A stretch of 57,628 nt of DNA from an uncultured virus (IMG/VR IMGVR_UViG_3300028833_000090) (Duplodnaviria; Heunggongvirae; Uroviricota; Caudoviricetes), in IMG/VR virus record IMGVR_UViG_3300028833_000090; one strand, 5' to 3'. A program made the translations under genes and the position numbers. Of the stretch, positions 40,534-49,242 are shown one piece after another (position 1 is the stretch's first letter; the number at the start of each line of letters is the position of its first letter). Below the pieces are notes generated by a model. The model was not told where the DNA came from, did not search any database, and saw nothing but the letters and a program-made list of their open reading frames with translations.

Positions 40534-40915
40534 ACCGTTTTTTACTCTTTCTTAATCTTTCTAGCCGTTTATATAGATTTAGCCACGGAACACTATTCTT
40601 TAGCTTAGCTTTTGAGAATACTGATTTCTTGTTTTCCCATAAGAAGTCTGTTATTTCTTCCATTGGTAAAGAAAGAATATTCTCTACACACTTATCATTA
40701 ACATACCATTCTTTCCTGTATTTTCCGAATCCTTTTAGATGCAGATAATCATGTATGCATCTCTCATCCACTCTACTACCTTTAGTAACTCTCACTAACT
40801 TACAACTCGGATTGTGTGCTAAGTATTGGGTTAATCTAGACTCTACATCATCTGCATAACCAATCTTATACAATTTATTTCCCTCTGAATCTAAACTTGT
40901 CAAGCAATATAACAT
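40532..40915 (-). CDS. GIY-YIG (T5orf172/MUG113-like) nuclease-domain protein
   Basis: LYCL...LYKIGYA...SRL..YLAHNP...E..IH...EWY. Confidence 0.75.
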   Translation of the reverse strand: MLYCLTSLDSEGNKLYKIGYADDVESRLTQYLAHNPSCKLVRVTKGSRVDERCIHDYLHLKGFGKYRKEWYVNDKCVENILSLPMEEITDFLWENKKSVFSKAKLKNSVPWLNLYKRLERLRKSKKR

Positions 40916-41015
40916 GATAATTTTATATTTATATTAAACATAATGAGTTTTTATTAATACGTATATTAGAATGGTAGTATATTGTCGGGAGAGTTTTCTT
41001 TATTTCAATCACTTT

Positions 41016-41085
41016 AAACTCTTAATAATGAGGAAGATATAGACAGTTAAGTTTATATCTTCTTTTATTTTTCTAGATTATTAAC
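41016..41085 (+). promoter_or_regulatory. Leader element copy 11
   Basis: AAACTCTTAATAATGAGGAAGATATAGAC..GTTTATATCTTC TTTTATTTTTCTAGATTATTAAC. Confidence 0.75.
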
Positions 41086-41104
41086 AAAGTAAAAAAACTA
41101 CTAT

Positions 41105-41566
41105 ATGGAAGTTGTATTTTTGGTGGGCTTGCCTGGATCAGGTAAGTCTACTATTGCAAGTATTGACCCCACCTATAAAGTGGTGTCAATGGACCGTATT
41201 CGTCAGGATATGGGCATAATTGGTCCTGATGGCAAAAAGGGCATTGGAAACAATGAACAAGAAGCCGTCGTAAAGGCCAAAGAAAATGAAATTATTGCTG
41301 ACTTTGCTAAAGCCGGTTATGATTTCATAATTGATGATACTAATTTGAGATCTGGTAAAAGGATGATGCAAATTGATATCATCAAAAAAGCTAACCAAAA
41401 TTACAAAATAAAGTATATTTTGGTTAAGACTCCGGTGGAAGTTTGCATCTCTCGCCGCTCAGAGATTCCCCAAAACATTATTCATTCTATGAATGATGCA
41501 AATAATTGGGTAATTTACAGAGAAGAGCTTCAACAAATTGATGCTCTTGAAGTAGTTAACAATTAA
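41105..41566 (+). CDS. P-loop kinase, polynucleotide kinase (AAA_33)-like
   Basis: VGLPGSGKST, SMDRIR, IIDDTNL, CISR lid; resembles the T4 PseT kinase domain. Confidence 0.85.
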   Translation: MEVVFLVGLPGSGKSTIASIDPTYKVVSMDRIRQDMGIIGPDGKKGIGNNEQEAVVKAKENEIIADFAKAGYDFIIDDTNLRSGKRMMQIDIIKKANQNYKIKYILVKTPVEVCISRRSEIPQNIIHSMNDANNWVIYREELQQIDALEVVNN

Positions 41567-41584
41567 TCATATTTAATATCAATA

Positions 41585-42010
41585 ATGATAAAAACACTTG
41601 AAGAAGATTTGAGAGAATTTATCTGTATGAAAACAGGTAAATTCTCTGATGAAATTGAATTTCATCTGTCTAATTTGCCAAAGATACTTTGGTTAGTTAG
41701 ATCAGACAATAATAAGAATGGTGAGATTCAGGTTTCCTATGGTGATCTGAAGTTCACTCTTGAAGGTGGTTATGTAAATGCAGATACCGGTGATAACGTA
41801 ATTTTCCTTACTTGTAACTTATATTATATTGATAAGGAAAGTACTTTCCTTAACCGGATTAATTGCAAGTGCAAGTACCTGTTATATGATACTGACGGTA
41901 TCGTATATTGGGACAGTAATGGTCTCGATATCAAAACCGCAATAATATCAATATTATCTGCACTTCAAATGAATGAAATGCAGATAATTGAGGGTCCTTT
42001 TAAAATTTAA
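41585..42010 (+). CDS. Hypothetical protein, paralog family 2
   Basis: Clear similarity to 42016..42450 (TG...I.F.L...P.I.W, YGDLK, KCK.L, IIE.P). Confidence 0.75.
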   Translation: MIKTLEEDLREFICMKTGKFSDEIEFHLSNLPKILWLVRSDNNKNGEIQVSYGDLKFTLEGGYVNADTGDNVIFLTCNLYYIDKESTFLNRINCKCKYLLYDTDGIVYWDSNGLDIKTAIISILSALQMNEMQIIEGPFKI

Positions 42011-42015
42011 TCATT

Positions 42016-42450
42016 ATGATTAGCATTCTTGAAAGGAACCTTAAAAAGTTCCTCGCAGATGAAACAGGACGTTTACCTGAGGATATTGGGTTTAATTTAA
42101 ACCCATTCCCAGAAATTTCTTGGAGTAATCCATCTGAGAGAAATATCAGGGTTGATTACGGTGATCTGAAACTTCACCTAGCTTACAAGCGGGTAGATGA
42201 TTCAGAAAAAATTTTTATCATTTTGAATTTAATTCACCGTGATAAAACTGAATCCGACGAAGATTGTCAACCCTATGTAAGAACTAAATGTAAGTGTCTT
42301 TACGAAGATGCTCATGGTTCAATAGGGTATGACAATAACGGAATACTCCGTTTACAAAACGGATTTAAACTTGAAGCCGTTATTGTTTCAATATCATCTG
42401 CAATCAATACAGGTGAATTGGAGATAATTGAAGTTCCTACTGAAATTTAA
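42016..42450 (+). CDS. Hypothetical protein, paralog family 2
   Basis: Tandem paralog of 41585..42010. Confidence 0.75.
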   Translation: MISILERNLKKFLADETGRLPEDIGFNLNPFPEISWSNPSERNIRVDYGDLKLHLAYKRVDDSEKIFIILNLIHRDKTESDEDCQPYVRTKCKCLYEDAHGSIGYDNNGILRLQNGFKLEAVIVSISSAINTGELEIIEVPTEI

Positions 42451-42460
42451 TTATTTTATA

Positions 42461-42964
42461 ATGAATAAAAAATTCGATTTCGGAGAGTGGTCGCTCACGG
42501 AGACCCGGAGCGTTATTGGTAGTCTTATTAGGGACATGTGGCATATTTTCAGGTTTATCTTGTGGATTGTTATTCATGTTTTTAGTCTCTTTCGTGAATT
42601 AAAAAAGTTGAATAACGCATTCAGAAAAAATATAAATTCGCTCTCTTTAGGCGATGCAATATTGTACGAGGTATTCGAAAAATTTTGTTTCCTTGTACAT
42701 TTCGTTAGAGGAGCTAATAGAACTGGTATTATGTTGGGCTGGTCAGACTCGTTGAAAAATGAGTATGACACGCTTAACAATGATACTCATTTTGATATTA
42801 CTGTGAGGTGTTTTAATTCACCAAACAGTGATAACATTCAGCACCTCATCTCTTCTGGACTTCTTAAAGAAGTTGAGGATGATGAGGAGGTTACCCGCGT
42901 CGAGGTAACTATTCAGAATTCAATTGGCGATTCTTTCGTCCTTGGAATTCTGAAAAAGAATTAA
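42461..42964 (+). CDS. Hypothetical protein (possible membrane segment)
   Basis: ORF track starts at TTG 42428; ATG 42461 after the preceding stop is more likely. Confidence 0.65.
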   Translation: MNKKFDFGEWSLTETRSVIGSLIRDMWHIFRFILWIVIHVFSLFRELKKLNNAFRKNINSLSLGDAILYEVFEKFCFLVHFVRGANRTGIMLGWSDSLKNEYDTLNNDTHFDITVRCFNSPNSDNIQHLISSGLLKEVEDDEEVTRVEVTIQNSIGDSFVLGILKKN

Positions 42965-43021
42965 AAAGAAAAAACACATAGATTTACTTTTTTAGTATTT
43001 CTATGTGTTTTTATTTTTTTT

Positions 43022-43600
43022 TGTGACCTATCTATATGAGTCCGGTCACACTTTTATTCATAATTGGACTTTGGGACTATCGTTCCCTTTTACCATACCC
43101 TTCCGTCGATACTGTTATGCTTCTTTTGTGAGTGATCCGATGTACTTTATCGAATTGTTAACTTTTTATGTATTCCCCTAGAATAATCAGGGACCCATCC
43201 TAACAGTTTTAGATCCATGTGGAAGGATTACTATGGACGTCACACATCTTGTTGAATCCGATGTAAGTACTCGGATTCTCATGAAAGTTACCAAAGCGAT
43301 ACTTGCCGCATGTATAGGTCGGGGTATCCGTATATAACTTTCACGATAATCACCATGTGATTATCGATAGTGCAAACTAACCCCTGTTTTAAGATCGGAC
43401 GTAATTATCTATTCGTTTCTGTTTAGGATTTCCAATCCTAGGGAGAACGATATCAATATCCCTATTTTTCAGTTGACATTTTACAGAGTTTGTCAACGAA
43501 ACTCCTTTACGTCGGTAGTTTAAGGATCTACCAATCCCAATCCCAGGCATCACAGCCCGGGCACTTTTCGGGCAGAGTCTACAATTCCACCCTAAATTAC
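43022..43600 (-). ncRNA. Structured ncRNA candidate C (about 580 nt)
   Basis: ORF-free; at least 10 stems (GCCCG/CGGGC, GTTGACA/TGTCAAC, TAGGATT/AATCCTA, CGATAATCAC/GTGATTATCG, GAAAGTTA/TAACTTTC, GAATCCGA/TCGGATTC, GTGACC/GGTCAC); G-U pairs favour the minus strand. Confidence 0.65.
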
Positions 43601-43601
43601 A

Positions 43602-44027
43602 TTACAATATAATCTTCAAGTTAAAGATCTTAATAAGTTCCTCGCAAGATCTATGCGAAGACTTGTGATCCCACTTGGTACAAAGACCTTTGTAGGACCT
43701 AGATCTTTTAATCTCGGATGGAGGGACGTGGAAGGAAATTTGTAATCTCTTCCCATCATTCCCCCGGAATGTAAAGTAGACGATCTGCCCTGTCCGGTAT
43801 TCACCAGACCAATACATTGAGCATTCGTCCACAAAATAATTGAACTTGCAATTTTCTGGATGAACGTTTTTATTCATCAAATTGATTGCAGTTTCGACGT
43901 GCAATCTTTTCTCTGAATAAAACTCGTCTTTAAAATCCCGGTTGCAATATTCTTTCGCAAGTTCCGAGTTCTTTTGGGCGAGACAGATATGTCTCGCTAT
44001 CTCTAAATTTAAATTGAAATTTTTCAT
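43602..44027 (-). CDS. Hypothetical protein
   Basis: 141 aa with VYF...QISFH...WD motif; lies between a tRNA-like element and ncRNA C. Confidence 0.75.
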   Translation of the reverse strand: MKNFNLNLEIARHICLAQKNSELAKEYCNRDFKDEFYSEKRLHVETAINLMNKNVHPENCKFNYFVDECSMYWSGEYRTGQIVYFTFRGNDGKRLQISFHVPPSEIKRSRSYKGLCTKWDHKSSHRSCEELIKIFNLKIIL

Positions 44028-44126
44028 TTTATTATCAATTTAAATTTAAAATTTGTTTACCCTATCCCAACTTAAGACATATAAAAAGTATGCCAGGTAT
44101 GTTTCGGTTATCTCACCTTTTATTAG

Positions 44127-44191
44127 TGGCTCATTGAGGATTCGAACCTCTTTCGGTATTATTTCCCGACGCTGCGCCTCGCCTTAGAGCC
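44127..44191 (-). tRNA. Degenerate tRNA-like element (no assignable anticodon)
   Basis: GGCTC..GAGCC-A acceptor-like stem, GAGG-TTCGAAT-CCTC T-arm, TCGG/CCGA arm with a 9-nt loop. Confidence 0.45.
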
Positions 44192-44401
44192 ATGTCCCCG
44201 CCAGATAATAAAATCTTTGAAAGGGGTTGTAATTAAATAAACGCTCAGAGACACTGTGTCTCTGAGCGTACTTCTTTAGTTATTTGTTTATTTCATAAAT
44301 AAGGCTTTCAAGGAATAAGAGAAAATAAAAAAAAAACAAACTTAACTAGCCTTTTGTTCTAATTAAGTTTGTTTTCTTAATGCGTTGTCTGTGGATCAGC
44401 C

Positions 44402-44860
44402 CTATCGCCATTCCCAGTCCGTTAAGGATTGGTAGACCCTGCCGCCATCCAAGGTGGAAGGTTTGCGACTCTGCCTGTCAATCGGTACTGCTACCGATCT
44501 GATCACAGCAGCTGCAGGATTGGAGTAACCACCGGTGCGCTTCACCGTCTCGCCAAATATCCCCGGCGTAACGGTCTCCGTGGAGCCGTCCGAAAAGTAA
44601 CGGACGATCTGGTCACCGTATAGACTCGGGGTCCTGGTTTCACTTACCACGTAGACGTGGCGGTGGGGAACAGTCGTAACGACCTGAGTACCGCCGAGGT
44701 ACTTCTCGGCGTACTCTTTGGCTGCGGTTGGGTTACTGAACCCAACGTTCGTGCCGCGAGGCACGAAAACCGTCACTGGTGAATCTGCGATCGCTGCGCC
44801 TACAGCTAACACACCCAGGAGGGCATCCCCCCAGGTGAAATTGTTTTTATTTTTGCTCAT
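44402..44860 (-). CDS. Hypothetical protein, GC-rich
   Basis: 152-aa ORF, hydrophobic N-terminal segment, own promoter motif at 44901-44917. Confidence 0.7.
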   Translation of the reverse strand: MSKNKNNFTWGDALLGVLAVGAAIADSPVTVFVPRGTNVGFSNPTAAKEYAEKYLGGTQVVTTVPHRHVYVVSETRTPSLYGDQIVRYFSDGSTETVTPGIFGETVKRTGGYSNPAAAVIRSVAVPIDRQSRKPSTLDGGRVYQSLTDWEWR

Positions 44861-44946
44861 TTTTGTAGTTTTTTAAAAAGTTAGAATTTTTTTTATTGTG
44901 TTCATAAATAAGGCTTTGAAGAAGTCTTATACGTAAATTATCAAAT

Positions 44947-45303
44947 CTATCTTTTCCTGTATTTATCGATAAATTCGAGAGCTTTTTTGAAATTATCATC
45001 CGTTAATTCTATTGAATTCTGGTATAATGATTTCTCTGTTCCATCCACTCTTACTGTCTTAACAGAGAAAGAGAATGTTTTTGAATGGATTGTTATACTC
45101 ACTATATCGTCCACTGACTCAAACACTACTCCCCCGTAATAACCGAAGACAACGTATTTATTATCATTGAATTCATGTGGGTATTTGTTTACTATATCTT
45201 TTGCATTATCGTAAACTTCTTGAGTAATTTTAGTAACTGTACCTATCTCTGATGATACATCTACTATTTCCTTCAGGTTATTAAGGTCTTCTATTAAACT
45301 CAT
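44947..45303 (-). CDS. Hypothetical protein
   Basis: 118-aa ORF. Confidence 0.7.
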   Translation of the reverse strand: MSLIEDLNNLKEIVDVSSEIGTVTKITQEVYDNAKDIVNKYPHEFNDNKYVVFGYYGGVVFESVDDIVSITIHSKTFSFSVKTVRVDGTEKSLYQNSIELTDDNFKKALEFIDKYRKR

Positions 45304-45305
45304 AA

Positions 45306-46199
45306 TTATTTAGTTATAAATCTAATACTATTTGAATTTAAGCCTAAAACATTAGGCCTAATTAATTCAATTTCATCCTCTTCATATACAGAAATATCAT
45401 AGATTTTTCCATAACAACGAGGATTTTCTGGGTGATTTCCATACCACAGACCTCTAAATCCGTATAGACCTGGACATGAAGCATTCATACCTTTCTTAAT
45501 GTGTTTTTCTTTCACCTTAAGAACTACAACTCTATCTTTTCTGTTTTCTTCTTTATTATAGAGTTGGAGAATCATGCCAGGACGTATATCTTCTTTCTTA
45601 ATACGTCTTTGCTCTTTCACCCAATCTATCCTTGCCTTTATTTTAGGCAATTCTTTAATGCAATCGGGTTCTACGAGTTCCTGATTCTCTATTAAGACTT
45701 TATACAAAAACTCACAAGCTTCTAACCAGTCTTCTGTTACGTCAACTGGAATAGTTGTGATGTTACTGTATCCATCAGCTAAATGAAATATACCACTTCT
45801 CGGTCTTGTTCCATTAATACTGAGTTGACCTGCTCTTTTCAGTGTATAATCAAGGGTACGATCGTTGACACGATTGTCAATATCTTTGATTATACTTACT
45901 TGTTCATCATACCATTCATCGTAGTTTGGTAATGATGTTATTTTTTTACCTTTAGCAAGATCTTTGAGAATTTTCTCATGCTCAAGGTCTTCTAGTCTTT
46001 CTTTTTCTACCCGCTCAAGAGCTTCCTCTATTGTGGGTACTTTATTAGTTTTGTAATTTGGAGCCTCAACAAGTTCTCCAAATTCCCAATCAAAACCACC
46101 GCCTATTGTGAGTAGACATTGGTCTAACACGTCGATAATATTTTGTTGTATCGCCGGATAAAGGAGAATAGACCTCCTTATTGTATTTTTTACATTCAT
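45306..46199 (-). CDS. Hypothetical protein
   Basis: 297-aa ORF after a leader element. Confidence 0.75.
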   Translation of the reverse strand: MNVKNTIRRSILLYPAIQQNIIDVLDQCLLTIGGGFDWEFGELVEAPNYKTNKVPTIEEALERVEKERLEDLEHEKILKDLAKGKKITSLPNYDEWYDEQVSIIKDIDNRVNDRTLDYTLKRAGQLSINGTRPRSGIFHLADGYSNITTIPVDVTEDWLEACEFLYKVLIENQELVEPDCIKELPKIKARIDWVKEQRRIKKEDIRPGMILQLYNKEENRKDRVVVLKVKEKHIKKGMNASCPGLYGFRGLWYGNHPENPRCYGKIYDISVYEEDEIELIRPNVLGLNSNSIRFITK

Positions 46200-46218
46200 T
46201 ATGATAATATAGTTTTTT

Positions 46219-46291
46219 GTTAATAATCATGAAAAATAAAGAAGAGAATATAAACTTAATCGTTCATATTCTCTTCATATATAAAGGTTTT
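46219..46291 (-). promoter_or_regulatory. Leader element copy 12
   Basis: AAAACCTTTATATATGAAGAGAATATGAAC..GTTTATATTCTCTTC TTTATTTTTCATGATTATTAAC. Confidence 0.75.
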
Positions 46292-46376
46292 AGCTGGTTA
46301 AATATGTATAATCTAGAAAACCCTTAAAACCATAATATATGAGAATAATTTAAAAATAAAAAAAAAAAACACAGGA

Positions 46377-47021
46377 ATGGAAAAAATGACAAATTTAGCT
46401 AAGTGGAGGGCGGCATTTGCATCCACAAGCTGCAACGTAATCCGCGAAGGCATCGCGGACGGCGTGAGGAAGATTCGTGACGCTGAAGGTCACGTAATCA
46501 GCACTGAAGAAGTTCACATCCCTTACACTACAAGGGAATCCGAGGTGATTGAGCTCGGTACCTGCAATGGTGACAACTGGCGTGATGCTCTCAACGAGAA
46601 GATGAAAGAATTGGGATTCCCCGAGGGATTCGATCCCCAAGTAAAGGGATGGACCAATGCTCACGCCAAAATCGAGAACTTCAAAAAGGAGGACAGCAGA
46701 ATTGGCCTCCAAGGTCTTACCCCGCGTCAAACTGTAAGTCCTATATTTGCAGTTGAGACATTAGGACTTATTCTCGACGTAATAATCGGGAAGAAAGTCT
46801 TAGCTGCTATTGTAATCTTCGGTAGCGAAGAGGAGTGGATGGAAAACATTCACGTCTGGAAAGCAATAAAAAACACAGTGCTTCCAGACTGCGACAGGTA
46901 CATTTCTACCCTCTGCAAGAGATTCAACCTTAACGAGGAAGAGATACGCAACAGAATTGTGATTGCTCACTCCATTGAAGAGCTCTTTAGCGACGAGCTT
47001 CCGGCGGAGGACGCAAAGTAA
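46377..47021 (+). CDS. Hypothetical protein (higher GC)
   Basis: 214-aa ORF with promoter motif and terminator. Confidence 0.75.
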   Translation: MEKMTNLAKWRAAFASTSCNVIREGIADGVRKIRDAEGHVISTEEVHIPYTTRESEVIELGTCNGDNWRDALNEKMKELGFPEGFDPQVKGWTNAHAKIENFKKEDSRIGLQGLTPRQTVSPIFAVETLGLILDVIIGKKVLAAIVIFGSEEEWMENIHVWKAIKNTVLPDCDRYISTLCKRFNLNEEEIRNRIVIAHSIEELFSDELPAEDAK

Positions 47022-47218
47022 TTCACACACGCTTGATTAAATTCAATCTGAAAAGAGTTATATCTAAAAATATAACTCTTTTCTTTTTTACACAAAAAAA
47101 AAATGATGGAACTTATTACTACAATTCAATAAAACTCTGTATGAGTTTTTTGCAAAATTTGTGAGTAATCTTATTCCCCCCTCTTTTCCTAATAAAAGAA
47201 ATAATTAACAAAGAAAAA

Positions 47219-47440
47219 ATGACAAATAATAATGACACTGTGGAATGTTCTTTTATATGGAACAAAAACAGTGATACGAATAAGCCACCTATTAATCATT
47301 CTGTTCTTCTCATTACCAAAGATGGTGTAGTAGAAGGTGAATGGAAAGGTGAGAATTGGATCCAATACAGATGGAGTTGTACTGTGCAGGACAGTGATGT
47401 ATTGTATTGGACTGAATTATCTAATCTAATAAAACAATAA
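47219..47440 (+). CDS. Small hypothetical protein (DUF551-like pattern)
   Basis: W...KPP...VLL...V.YWT pattern; 73 aa. Confidence 0.6.
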   Translation: MTNNNDTVECSFIWNKNSDTNKPPINHSVLLITKDGVVEGEWKGENWIQYRWSCTVQDSDVLYWTELSNLIKQ

Positions 47441-47450
47441 TAATAATATT

Positions 47451-47900
47451 ATGAACAACAACGATAATGTAAACTACTGTGTAATCCACAGTAGTGAGAA
47501 GTTGTATGGCGTAATACTTCAACGTCTGGTTAATCGTTACGTCAACGACAAAATTGAAAAGAACGTGAACGTTCCTTACGATTTCAACTTCATAACAGCT
47601 CAAGGAGTTGAAATCGATCCCGGAGTTTTCCTTCCTGGGGAAAATTCCGTTAACGTAACTTACACGATCCGCAAGGACGAAAAAGGTACGTTATTCGTAT
47701 ACCGAGAATACAAACAGGAAACTGTTTGTAGCACCACGGTACCTGTTTTGATCTTAGCATATCCTACTCCTTTTGGAGCAGTTGATATTATATTTAATAA
47801 ATTTTTAGATATAAATCAAGCAGCTCCGAAAGGAGTATCAAAAGAAGTAGATCAATTCAGGGAAGTGTTCTACGATAATAAAACAATAATATCTTTTTAA
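47451..47900 (+). CDS. Hypothetical protein
   Basis: 149-aa ORF. Confidence 0.7.
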   Translation: MNNNDNVNYCVIHSSEKLYGVILQRLVNRYVNDKIEKNVNVPYDFNFITAQGVEIDPGVFLPGENSVNVTYTIRKDEKGTLFVYREYKQETVCSTTVPVLILAYPTPFGAVDIIFNKFLDINQAAPKGVSKEVDQFREVFYDNKTIISF

Positions 47901-47902
47901 AA

Positions 47903-48607
47903 ATGAAAGACAGAGATATTAAACGAATAGAAGAATACCTTTCTAAATATCCACAGGAGCAATTCTCCCGCTTTGGCTTTTTAGGACATTATGCGGGTAT
48001 TGGAGGGGATATTGCTGACCTTAAGCTTTCAGAGGAGAGAGTTGGTATAGAAGAACCAACGTTTTCCTTTATGGCTTTTATGTCGGCTCAGAATAATAGT
48101 TGGTTAAAATATTTTTCGACTTTTCCTGAAGACACCCCCACTCATATTTGGTATTCTACAATATACGATAATATTCGTACACAAGGGTCTGTAACAGTAC
48201 CCTTGTACGTAGTGCCAATTGATTTTTCAATAAGCTCTGAGGAATTTATTGAAAAATACTTTAATATTCCAGGAAAGGAAAAATTTATTTCTGTCTTGGA
48301 AAATTACAAGAAAACAGTAGAACCGTTAAGAAATAACAAATTCGGTGATATTGTAGAGGGTAATTTCATTCTGGAAAATTACACTAAATTTGATTTTATG
48401 CAGACATGGGCCAGTAACCATGTTCTTTGTATAAATAAACAAATAGTTGGTAATGTGAATTACCTAAAATACCCCGACACAGCGCCTTACATAGACGTAG
48501 AGCTGGCGAGGGATATAAGAGAATATTTATCATCTCTTGATGATGATGTTCTCGGTTTTTGGGGAGAACCAGTTCTTCCTAAAAAGAAAAAGGATGTTTC
48601 TGAATAA
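47903..48607 (+). CDS. Hypothetical protein
   Basis: 234-aa ORF. Confidence 0.75.
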   Translation: MKDRDIKRIEEYLSKYPQEQFSRFGFLGHYAGIGGDIADLKLSEERVGIEEPTFSFMAFMSAQNNSWLKYFSTFPEDTPTHIWYSTIYDNIRTQGSVTVPLYVVPIDFSISSEEFIEKYFNIPGKEKFISVLENYKKTVEPLRNNKFGDIVEGNFILENYTKFDFMQTWASNHVLCINKQIVGNVNYLKYPDTAPYIDVELARDIREYLSSLDDDVLGFWGEPVLPKKKKDVSE

Positions 48608-48747
48608 ATAAACATATACAACATATACATATCTTTAATTAGATATGTATATGTTTATTTTTTTTTGTCCGAAATTAACTGCCCTAAAACTCTAGTAAAT
48701 GAATAATATTAAATTAAAAATATTAATTAAAATAAAAAATTACAAAA

Positions 48748-49188
48748 ATGGCAAAGAAATTAACTAAAGTTGAAGTAAAGGGAGATAAACTTCAGCCTAA
48801 TGCAATCTTACTCAAAGATGGTGAGATTTTGTCAGCAACATGCGACATTTACAAGTTTAATCTTTCAAAGAAGAATAAATTTGATCAGTTAGCTGCTAGA
48901 GATTTAGGCAGTGATGAAGGCGATGAAGGCTATGATGTGACTGACTTCGATTTTTGTTTATTGAGAGTAAAAGATTCTCTAATTGAGAAATTAGAGAATA
49001 ATGAAATTACACTACTCTACAAAAATGATTGTTGGGGGAATGATGGTATTGAAGAAATATCATCATTTGATAGCTTATTAGATCAGATAGACGATTATAT
49101 AACTGATAATGAAGGAGAATTCCTTTTTGAAAGAGTTAACAAAAAGGACCAAGTTTATTTCATTCCTTATCTAGGTAGCATAATTTAA
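48748..49188 (+). CDS. Acidic hypothetical protein, paralog family 3
   Basis: EILSATCDIYK, DFCLLR, SFDSLL and QVYFI motifs shared with the next three ORFs. Confidence 0.75.
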   Translation: MAKKLTKVEVKGDKLQPNAILLKDGEILSATCDIYKFNLSKKNKFDQLAARDLGSDEGDEGYDVTDFDFCLLRVKDSLIEKLENNEITLLYKNDCWGNDGIEEISSFDSLLDQIDDYITDNEGEFLFERVNKKDQVYFIPYLGSII

Positions 49189-49242
49189 GTACAAGGTAAG
49201 AATGCATCATATTGGATTGAATTAATTAAATACAGATTTAAA

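Noticed and set aside
10528..46291. Leader hairpins as integron attC sites
   Set aside because: No RYYYAAC/GTTRRRY pair framing the stem, no integrase in the window, and the elements sit 5' of genes fused to promoters.
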